Of a DNA stretch of 64,000 bases, positions 23,601 to 34,900 are shown in pieces. Below the pieces are notes generated by a model. That model was not told where the DNA came from. It saw nothing but the letters and a program-made list of their open reading frames with translations, and ran no database searches. Source of the stretch: Hydrurus foetidus (taxonomy: Eukaryota); assembly GCA_900617105.1 (NCBI GenBank), contig UYFQ01000509.1, positions 1-64,000 on the forward strand, given 5' to 3'. Position 1 is the first letter of the stretch, and each line of letters opens with the position of its first letter. The translations under genes were made by a program, and so were the position numbers.

Positions 23601-26600
23601 CATCGTCATCGCAACAGCCGGACTAGCTCAGTCGGTAGAGCGTCAGGCTCTTAACCTGATGGTCGAGGGTTCGAGCCCCTCGTTCGGTGCTTTTTCCTCG
23701 GGACTCTTTTTTTTTGCGGAATTCCCACACGATACACAATGGAAGCCCGGGACTTTCTTTTTTTTTGCGAAATTCCCAGATAACACACAATGACAGTAGT
23801 TGCTGTTGTGCGGAACATATTTTATTTCCGTGGACTAAGATCTTTTTCGCATTTTTAAAGATTTAAAACACTGTACACAACAAAAAGAAGTCCGTTAAAT
23901 TATTTTAATTCAGCTCATGACACTCTCTACATTCCTTCAATCAATCCATTTCTTTTCTCTTTTCTGCCTTTTCCATTTTCTAGGGTCTTGCATTGACGTA
24001 TTTGCCCCTGGGTTTGACATTCTCTCTGTGTGCGCCTCGAACGTATGCAAAGACAGCACGTCGTACATGGTCATGTCAGGTGTGTATCAATATCAGTATT
24101 TCCTTCTCTTATATTCATTTGATGCGAAATACAACACTTGATGATGATCACGACAAAGCACAGAGCATTGACGTTACCTCACTGACATGATGTTTTGTGT
24201 CGTTAGATTGTGTCTTATGAGTAAGTGTAGCATCATATCGTGGAAGAATTGCAACACTCATTTACGCACTTTCTTACAATCACTGCCTGTAGAAAATCTT
24301 ATCCACTCTTCTCAAATGAAAGACATACTAAATCCTATAGCTCCCTTTCCTGCCCCTCATTCCCCGTACCCCCTCAAATAATCCTCTTCACTTCTTTTTC
24401 AGGGACATCCATGGCTTGTCCCCATGCAACCGGTGTGGTCGCTCAGCTGCTTGAGAAAAATCCCAAAACAACAGTGGCAGAACTTCAAAAAGCACTGACG
24501 TGTGACGCGGCTAAAAGTACGTATGCGCAGTACAGTAAGAACTGCGGACTTTCTTCCTTTTTCTGCCATTCAAAATGTTAAATTTACTGCCCTGGAGTAC
24601 ATAGACTTAAACATAAGTTAAAATCGGCTCCTTTCATTCAAGATTAACACTCGTCACCTTGTCCATCTTTGACAGATAAACAACTGTCTCCTTTTCATAT
24701 CGTTTGAAATAAATGCTGATCACCTTATCCACATTAATAGACTTGTTGAGACCCAGCCCACAAGACTCCATATCGAGAAATCTAATGCTACAAGGTGGGT
24801 CTAATGAATAGTGTATTGTAGATATGAGATTACTGTCTTTGATAAATGAAATATCTTACTTGATGTATCCACCTCACTTTCTTACCCTCTATTACTCTCT
24901 TTATCTCCGTTTCTTCTTCTCGCATTCTTTCTTTCTTTCTTCCTCCCTTCTTTGCTTCCTTCTTTGCTTCCTTCCTTCCTTCCTTCTTTGCTTCCTTCTT
25001 TGCTTCCTTCATTCTTTCCTTCCACTTTTCTTTCACTTTCTGACTCTCTATTACTCGCTCTTCTCTTATTTTTTCTTCCTCCCAATATCTTAGCCACTCA
25101 CTCTTTTTCTTACCCACACGTACGTACGTAGTTCCTAAGAATGGCACTGGATACGGAACATGTAAACAAGGAGAAGGATGCCCCAGCGAATGTTCCGGAA
25201 AAGGAATCTGTCTGCCAGTCCGCATAGACCACAAAACAGCAGTCACCACTACTTACCTCTCCCCTCCAGTCCACTACAACACTACCCTACACAGAACACC
25301 TAATTACATCCCGTCCACCACCTTAGTGTGCCATTGTGACACCGGATCGTACGGTCCGTCCTGTACGTTATCCTCCCCTCCTCTTTGCCTCTCCTCTTCT
25401 TCCAGGATTAAATTGCAATTAACTGACTCGTTTGGGGATGGTTGGACGTTTGCTCAATACTCTCTGACTGATGCGGATACCGGATTAATTGTGGATGGTG
25501 CATTTGATAGTTTGTGTGGGGGGAAGACGGATACGAGAACGTACTGTGTCGGAGCAGGTAATGTACACACTCTATCTTATGGACTCATGCTTCTTGAGTC
25601 AACGTACAAAACAATTTGCTGCATTGCAATTGTACCTGACCATTAAGAATCACGAAATTGCTCCATATTTCGTTTATGATATTGTTATTTGAGTACGGAA
25701 CTTTGTTACAATTTCTTGAGTCACAATGGTTGGTGTAACTGCTTGATTCTTCAGTTCTGAATAATCCGATCACTTTTGACTGTGTTTTCCCTTTAGGAAA
25801 TTATTCCCTCGATCTAAGCACTGGATTTTTCCCGCAAGAAATTTCGTGGAAAATGTGCGGCACGGCAGGTGAATAAGAAATAAAATGAAACACTTAAACA
25901 GATCAAGAGATCTAATCATTTCTTGAATAAGTTGTAGTGATGTCAAATGCCGCAATGATGCTTTCGTCTTACTGGAATTATTTCATCTTGTAAATTGATT
26001 GAGATCAACGCTCCTCGTTTATTTCAGGTCCACGTTTAATCTGGACCCACCCCTATACACGACAATTACTTGTACGGTACTGTTTTCAGTTGCAGTACGG
26101 TCAGTTGATTGTCGTGTATAAGGGTCAGTCCAGATTAAACGTGGGCCTGGAAAAAAAGAGGAGTCTTGAAATACGAATGACATCACAACATCTTATCTTT
26201 TTCCTATACTCAGCAAATTCCATCAAATCAGTATTTCAGACATTTCTAAAGTGTACGTACTGTACTTTCAACTCTTAGGTGGTGCTCCATTTTCAGGACT
26301 ATTTAATGTGAACAAAAAGGGGGAATGCAAGCAAGTGTGTTGGCCAGGTATGCACGTGACAACTTATATTCACTAATGTTACTCAATTTTATGATCTTTC
26401 TTTTTGTTGAGATTTGTTACATCACATATTCTGTCGCAAGCCTTTTCTTGTGCCTATCGTCCATTTTACTTTTTTACTTTTTGTACCGTTTAGAACAGCA
26501 TAGATCAGTATCGCATACATTCGATAAATTTTATCCAATCGCATTCCGTTCACGAAAGTCAAAGGTTGTGTGTGATTGATCCGATGCATGTAATGTAACG

Positions 26601-29600
26601 GTTTGGCATACGGTTGTGGAAACTGCACAACTCTAAAGCAAGAAGTTTAACAATAGAAATACAGTTTACTGCTTCTTACGTACGCATGAATACATTGAAA
26701 AAATTTAACATCGCAACAAAATATATCTATACATTTTATTGAAACAAAATACACATGAAATGCAACACTTCATGTCAATCCATTTACATACATTAATTAC
26801 ATACAGGCGACCAATCAGTTGCACTCAAATTATACGACACTTCGAAAACGGGTTGGGACGGTGCGTACTATAACATATACGCTCAGACGGGATTGCTGCT
26901 ATATGGGGGCGGTCTACCTGATGGGCTACAAGCAGTGAATCATCTTTGTCTGAAGAGAGGAAAGTGTTTCACGGTCATGATGAGGGTGGCAGGTATGAAT
27001 TGCATTTGAATGCTCTTAATCTTAATTCATCTTACTGACTATTTTCTGTGTACGTGCAATAGCGTGCAATACACTGATTTTGTTGAATAAATCACCTCTA
27101 ATCAGACCTTATGATATCGACACTCTAAATTTTGTTTGTTTGGTCACGAGAAACAACAGATGTCTACTAGATTGTAAGTTTTGTATTTATTCATTTAGTA
27201 ACTGGATAGCGGATGGAGCGACAACAACACATGCAATGTATGCAATCTCTCGTCCTCAAGGAGTTAAATTAGTACGCACTTGCTGAAATCTCATTCGTTA
27301 CTACTCCCCTTCCTCATCATTATTATTCTACTCTGATAATAGATATCTATCAAATCGCAGAACAAAGAATTTTAACTTTGCTTTATTACACACACTCAAG
27401 TACACACCTTAACTCACACACATACACAACACTCTCACACATGCGTACACAAACGTACTTACATACAGACAAGTGCAAACGTGTATACACACATGTACTA
27501 ACATACTATAACACTCTATCCGTTACTTACTGACACGCACTCTCCTCCCCTTTTTCCTCTCCTCCCTCCTCCTCCTCCTCCTTCTCTTCTCCTCCTCCTC
27601 CTTTCCCTCCTTCCTTCCTTCCTTCCTCCTCCACTCTCTCCCAACAGGATCTCCCCGACTCCCTCTCATACGAGATATGCGGCTACAAGGCGTCCTACCT
27701 TGACGTGGTGTCCGTCTGTCTGACCGATACTGGCGTGTGCACTGCGAAAGCCTTAACCGGAAAGACATGTCCAAATGCGGTTAATATTTATATGTTCGAT
27801 ACGGTAAGTCCAATATATATATTATCGTATCCTCCACACTGCCAACTACTGTGCTAACGAAAGATTTCTGAATTTTAATTTTCTCTTATTCTCTATTCTT
27901 CATGCGAAATTTTTACATCGAGAATTTTACCCACGATTTACATGCCTTTTCAAATTGTTATTTTAATGTAGAGTAACAAAGGGTGGCGCGGAAGTTATTA
28001 CGAAATCAAAACAGATGACAAAGGCGATAAATTGTTAGACTACGAAATGGACTACAAATACAGTAAAAATGGCATTTACGAAAACGACAATAACAAACAA
28101 ATGCAAAGAATTAATATGGTCGATAGCACGCTTCAATCAAACGATATAAACTACTCAAATACGAAAAATACAGAATATGGAATAAACGAAATAATCGCAT
28201 CAGATGTAGTGGTAGCACGAGGGACCCTGGACTCTGGATTCCAGAAATTGGATTCGTTGTGTGGTCTAAAAGGATGCTATCGATTTTCAACACATCTTGA
28301 TTACAGCACTGCCGATCAAATGAAGGCAGCGAAGATTAATGCATCCACATCTTTTTTTTCAGCTTGCGGATATAGAGGTGCGAAGTGTTTTTATTAAGTG
28401 TTATTTTTTTCGCTTTTTATGTGGAAATGAATGATGCTATAGTGTAGTGTAATGTAGTGTAGTGTTGTGATATGTTGTTTCATATTCTATTGTATTGCAT
28501 TGTATTGTATAACATCGCATCGCATCACATGAAATGAAATGATCATATGTTAAAATGTAAACTTTTAAATTCTCTTGCATACAATTATTTTCCTTTGTGT
28601 TCTATTGTACAGTATGTGAATTACCGTACTAAATTGCTGCGAAGTTCGTCACACCATTGATATTACACTATATTGTTACGCGTATTGTACATATTTCACT
28701 CTTCACGTTGCAGTACGTAATACGCAACATGTTTCTTTTTCGATAGTAATATCACAGCAAAATAAGACTCCATAAAAAACCTTCATCCTACCTCAGACAT
28801 CATACACTGTGTCTGTGTGACTCACATCATCTAATGGCAGTAAAGTAATTTTCAATACCCTTAAGGTGCTGGTATTGCATTTATCATACAGCCTTGCACT
28901 CATATATACACTCAATAAAACGCCACACAAATCACTGGTCCACTTTACGTACGTGATTACACACGTCACATCCTATCATATCCAACACGTAATAATCCCA
29001 ACATAATGCCATACTAAATAATAATAGGAATCGTACCAATGTCTGCGCCTCTGTGTGTGGACGAATCGTATAACGCGTGTTACGGTGTAACCGGCTGTCC
29101 CGTCTTAAAATCACACGCCCACCGCACTTCTTACTTGGAAGCATTTTTCAGCAATTACGACATAAGTGGGATTGAGGTGATGCACACTTCTGTGGCGCTG
29201 CATGGTGTGAAGGAGTTGTGTGGTTTTCCAAGCGGCTGCTATAATGTTGCTGTGACTGGCAAAAATGATGCAGATGGTCTGTTTGATTTATGCGGCACTC
29301 AGTCTACAGCGCCAAGTATGGGTAAAATATGCATAGCGAAAAACGTGTATAATAACACTGTCTGCAGCAGTAATACAGTAAAGACATTGACATGTCCTCT
29401 CCCTTCTGGTGGTGCTGTTAAATCTACTCCACTTATTCTGATTAAATTTGACGGGTCTGGAATGGGATGGGATAGTGAAGTGAAGTACATCATCAAAGAA
29501 TACAATAAGAAAACAAAATTGTACAGTGGGACTCTTGAGGATGGTCAATTTGGTGTTGATAATATTTGTCTTGCACAAGGGAAATGCTACTCTTTCGATG

Positions 29601-32600
29601 TTACGGATGGATATAGAGTGGGTAATTCTCTTTGGGCTTTATGCGGGTACGTAAAACTATTATTTGATGGTGATGCCTATTATTTGATGGTGATGCCTAT
29701 TATTTGATGATGATGCCTATTATTTGATGGTGATGCCTATTATTTGATAATGTTAATTTCGTTGAGTGAACGAACTTCAATACTTGACGGCGATTTTAAT
29801 GATTGTGTTCATTAAATTAATATTTGCGTCACTTCCCAACTCTCAATAAAACATTTTAAATCAAAATATAATGTTTTTCCTCAACCCCGTCAACTGACGT
29901 ACACATTTCTAAAACGTGGATGAAGTTGTCAACACTCACAAAATTATGTAGTGCAATTAAAGTCTCTTTTACACAATTAATATTTTCAACTACTATCTAT
30001 AAATATTTGTTCTTAGGATTGTCGGAGAAATTCCAATTGCCAACTTGAAGTTTTGTGTCACGGAATCTGGGTGCAAGTTCCAAGATTTGGACGATGCGGA
30101 ATACAACAAAGTTCAAGATGGTACAGTTGATCATCACGACATTATCTCTTTTTTTTTGTTCAATTCTTCGATGTTCTTTTCTGTTCTGTTCTGTTCTCTT
30201 CTTTTTTTGTTTTTTCTCCATGAGTATACGCCGTCGTTGCAGCTAGGGAGTGTTAAATATCCTCTGTTGCAACCCTGTGCAGATGTGTGGATGGATGAGG
30301 ATTCCAAATATTGTTTCTTCCCGTATCTTGTGCGTGTGTGTGTACATACGTGTTCGTCTCTTCGTGTGCCTGCGCACCTGCCCTTCGCACAGTCATTCTG
30401 CCTGTCATCCATTCAATCTTCCTGACGTTCAGTTTGCCTGCCTGACAGGCACTATATCTCAGCATCACACACACACACACACACTTTCCTCATCCCCCTG
30501 TAACCCCTCTCACCTTATCTACCACATCACCGACAGACGACTGGTCTACTGCTCGTCGTCCCTCCTCCTCCCCCACCATATTCCACCCTATCGCTGCCCC
30601 GGCCCCGACCGCCCCTACCCCCGGATCCGACACTGCTGTTGGTGGCAACACCACCACCAGCAGAGTGGTGTACACATCTCTGAAAATGACCATGTACCTG
30701 CAGATAAATCCAGAAGTACAAAAAAGGAACTTGATGGATATTGCAGCTGACTTGCCTGGAGATGAAGACGGCTCTATTAGCTATTACAAATCAGACCGAT
30801 CCGTTTTTATTAATTTCCCTGAAGGAAATTTCACGGTGTCGAAGAAGGAACTCACGTTTGTCAAGTATGCAGTTCACAGGTGAAGACTTTACTATTTTCT
30901 GTTTAATTTCTTAATACGTTTGTTTCTTTCTTTATTTCTTTATTCATTCATGCATTTATCCATTTGCTCATTTGCTCATTGCGTTGTTATTGCTTCTTGC
31001 CATTACCGTTGTTTCATTTTCTGCGGTCACACGATTAGTCCAAACTTTCGTCAACCGTGAGGATCTAAATGCTTTTGATAATGCCTTTGCACTTGTAGTT
31101 CTATTACTGATCGATTACCACCACAAATTGAAAATTTTTGTTTCACCTCATTGCAGGCAATAAAATTGAAGTGATCCCATTTACACCACAGTTTTCCAGA
31201 TTGTTTTGATTATTACGTTTCACAGTGCATCATCTGTAACACACGTTGGATTCTTTCTGACCCATTGCCTTCTCAACACTCCCTACTGATAAGCCCTGAA
31301 ACTAGTCTCAATCATTTTCTGTCTTTTGATTAACAGAGTGCTGGACTTATACGGTGTGAGTGTGTGGGACGTGAGCGCCGTCCCTCTGTCCGTCACAAAG
31401 ACCCCCTCCTCCTCTTCCTCCTCTTCTTACTCTCGCCCCCTCCTCTCAATCGAAGAAATAGACCAGATAGAGTCGTTGACTCACTCCACTGCATACGATA
31501 CAGCACAGGAACTGGAAATGAAGAAAGAAAAAGAAGCAAGGATTGAAATTAATAAACAGGGTGTTGCTGATGTACTAAAAACAACGACATCCGCACCAAA
31601 AAGAAGTGTGCTTCAAGTAATGTCGGAGCAAACAACAGGAAACCGTTTAAATAAAATAAGAAGAGAACTTGCGAAAACGGAATCTGAAGACACTCAAAAA
31701 CACCGAAAACTCACAGAAATCGTAACAGTGACATGTAGAGTGGATGTTGCAGTAAAAGTTGTCACAACTTCAGCTGAAGAAAAAGATGATACAAATGAAA
31801 GAGATGCAAAGGACACATCGACAACAAAAAGCACAATCGACCAAGCAATGTACACTTCTTTCGGCATGGGTGAATTACAAACATTAATAATTGAAGCACT
31901 GTACACGTTGAATAAAGTTAGTGGAGGGCAGAGTATTTTTTATACGACAAAATACAAGATTTCAAATGCGGAGATCGTGAAAGTTTTGCCGTCTAATGAA
32001 GCATTAATTAAAATCGAAAAGAATTCGGACAAGCCGGTCGACAGCGAATATACGGATTTGTTCAAAGGGGGATCAACGGATGCGGGGTGAGTTTGATGAT
32101 GTTGAAATAGTGTTATTTGATATTAATTCATTGTGATGATTTTGTATTGCGATATCAATATTTGAATTATTTTAAAGAATTTAATGTTTGTATAATTTAG
32201 CTACAAACTGCCCAGTACTATATGACTCAACAAAATACAGGCAAGAAAGTACATTTAAACCAAATATATTGTCATTTTAGTACAGTATCTTACACCACAC
32301 GACATTATCGAAAATGTACACGCCTTGCATTTCATCGATTTCCGTATTTGAAGTCTGTGTTGTCATCACCATATTTCTCGTAATCAAAACATACTTCATG
32401 CAAGTACACAGATCATACAATACAATACAATACAATGCAATACAATACAATACAATACAATACAATACAATACAATACAATACAATACAATACAATACAA
32501 TACAATACAATACAATACAATACAATACAATACAATACAATACAATACAATACAATACAATACAATACAATACAATACAATACAACACTAAGTTGTATTT

Positions 32601-34051
32601 ACATCTTGTATCAATAAAAATGATACAATAGAGTGACAACGAAAATCCGTCAACACTTCTTATTCAAAGAACTTTAATCTCATTCTAATTACTGATCCTA
32701 TTTTCTTTTTCTTTTCTTTTTCCCCATGGACCCTAGACCCTCCAGATTTGGACCAGACGGACCAATGTCCACAACAGCAGTAGCAGCTCTGTCATCTCTA
32801 GTAACGCTGCTCGTTATGTTCGTACTTCTTTTCGCCTATCATGTATGCATACGTAGCAGAAGCAGCAGTAGGAGCGAACAACCGTATAACCCCTTGGACG
32901 TAAGTACGTCTGCTGCTACTGTACGTGACGTCAAGGGAGAGCCTATCAGCCCTTTGGGGATACCGGATGAGGGGCAGGGGTATGCAAATGGACGGACAGA
33001 CAAGTACGGTGAGGTCAATTTATCGTGTACTTCTGATTGTCTTGTGTTGTTAGTTCTTACTGATTTTACGTCAAACTAATTTGATTTTTTGTTGATGGTT
33101 TACCTCCTATAAGGTTTCTGTAACTCGATATTATCTACACTCCTGCACGTGTGTCACATTGATGACGTGATGTGAGTGAGAAATATCTCTACCTATTGAT
33201 TTAACTGATTTCGATAGTTCACAGTGAAGACAACACTGATGAGAGTCGACCCTTTGTACATCATTTTTGAAATAAATTAGGATCATGAAATATGTGTCCA
33301 TACTTGATATCATTATCATCGCTTCTATTATCATTATCACTACTATCATCACTATCATTATTATTATCATCATTATCATTATCATCGCTTCTATTATCAC
33401 TATCACTATCATTATCATTATCACTACTATCATCACTATCATTATCATCATTATCATCATTATCATGACTATCATTATTCACATTCATATCATCATGACT
33501 ATCGTAAGAATCGCATTCAAGCATCACCATCTTTCTGATAACATTCTAACCAATTAAATCATTCATTTCTTATCATTTTAGGTAACAAAAGTGCGGTCAC
33601 TAGGTTCTCCTATTTCGGGAAAAAACCCGACACCAATTCCGCCCCATCAGAGGTAGTTACAGTGACTTTCAACGATCCCCCTCCCGTAACTATGAGAAAT
33701 GAAATACTAAAATTACCTAATCCTAAGGCACATTCTTCACAAGAAGTTTCCTCTCTGGATGGTGAAATTAATCCCATCATCTCAAAATCGAATTTGAGTA
33801 CTAATCCGTATTTGAATAAAATCAAAGAAACGAATACTACAGATGGCAAAGATTGGTGGGTACGAAATGAACGAAAAGCCGGAGATAATGGTGATGACAA
33901 TGTCGGTAATCACGGAGATAAAAATCAGAAAAAATCAGGAAATTTAGATGATTTTTCATATGATGAAAAAGTTTTGAATGAAGAATTTGCAGCAAATAAT
34001 GTGAAAAAAGTCGTAATTAATTCAAGTAGCGATAATTCAACGGTTATCTAA
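19738..34051 (+). CDS. Large multi-exon subtilisin-like (S8) serine protease: signal peptide, I9-like prodomain, catalytic domain, EGF-like region, Cys-rich D-x-x-x-x-GW repeats, transmembrane helix, cytoplasmic tail
   Basis: Catalytic motifs FIVDTGID (about 21520), GHGTHVAG (about 21660), AAGNE (about 22800) and GTSMACPH (about 24405). CPSECSGKGIC...CHC EGF-like exon at 25132-25557; TM segment at about 32780-32850. Joining all exons into one gene is inferred from consecutive GT-AG junctions. Confidence 0.8.
23617..23689 (+). tRNA. trnK-CUU: tRNA-Lys (anticodon CTT), inside a subtilase intron
   Basis: 73-nt cloverleaf: acceptor GCCGGAC/GTTCGGT, D-arm GCTC/GAGC, anticodon arm TCAGG-CT CTT AA-CCTGA, T-arm GAGGG-TTCGAGC-CCCTC. 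Followed by a T5 Pol III terminator. Confidence 0.97.
26025..26149. mobile_element. 125-bp foldback / MITE-like palindrome in a subtilase intron
   Basis: CAGGTCCACGTTTAATCTGGAC...TATACACGACAAT pairs with ATTGTCGTGTATA...GTCCAGATTAAACGTGGGCCTG. No clear TSD. Confidence 0.6.
29657..29748. repeat. 20-bp tandem repeat, about 4.5 copies, intronic
   Basis: Unit CTATTATTTGATGGTGATGC. Confidence 0.95.
32416..32585. repeat. (TACAA)n microsatellite, intronic
   Basis: About 34 near-perfect pentamer units. Confidence 0.98.
33309..33500. repeat. Degenerate (ATC/ATT/ACT)n microsatellite, intronic
   Basis: Continuous ATC/ATT/ACT triplets. Confidence 0.92.
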
Positions 34052-34900
34052 GTGTTAAATGTATTGAATAAAAAAATGAGGCATTCGAAACAGAGAAAGA
34101 ATTTTCGAGTACTAATAAATTGCACTTTTTTCTACTACTGTATCACAATTGAATAACATCAAATCTGTATTTTGATTAAGAATGAAAAATGAAAGTTACT
34201 GCCCTGAATTGAATTAGGTTCATTCCCACAATAGTTTGATTTAAATTTTACATGTTAGGGTAAATAATACTTCCGCTTCCGCTCGATACAAATCTTATGT
34301 TTTTTTTCGCGTTTCATTCTTGCTGATAATTCTATCAGCTGCCATAGTAGCATAAACGAATAAAATTTATTTTCTAAATATCCATTCTGAATAGAACTTT
34401 ATCTTTACTCCTTTTTTCGCAGTCGTATGTATCCCTTGCAATTTGATCATCATTGCTATAACTGCAGTGTGACGACACGTGGTCGAAAAAAGTCGGCTAT
34501 GTATTATCTACGTTACGTACACGACACATCACCACCAGTCACGTACGCGCACGGAAATGTACGTGCTATCGAGGAATATTTCAGCAGCTGGAAAATACAA
34601 ATTCTTCCCTTTCTTCCCATCCCTCAACTAACTTCACTCCGGTTTACTTCACAGGAAACTCACCTCGTCGTCCTCCACTCTCAAGAAAGGAAGGAGTGGG
34701 TTCGGCATCAAGAGCTACTGCCATCGAAAAACATTTCAAGTTGGAGGGAAGCAATTGTGGATTCCGCGGTGACCGCTTTCGATGCGAACATCATCTCATC
34801 TCCGCAATTCGTGTGATGAGTTATCCTGTCGAAGTTTCCGGACATGATTGATTTACGTTCAGCACCTCTTTAGCGACCGCTAAATTTGCTTGCTGCCCAA

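Noticed and set aside
24824..25097. Lys/Glu- or Phe/Leu-rich ORFs
   Set aside because: Intronic polypyrimidine tract with a 16-bp tandem repeat.
29657..29748. Short direct repeats resembling a CRISPR array
   Set aside because: Head-to-tail repeats without spacers, eukaryotic intron, no cas genes.
32277..32639. ORFs with YNTIQ / LYCIV repeats
   Set aside because: Translations of an intronic (TACAA)n microsatellite.
33131..33557. Ile/Met- or Asp/Asn-rich ORFs
   Set aside because: Translations of an intronic (ATC)n tract.
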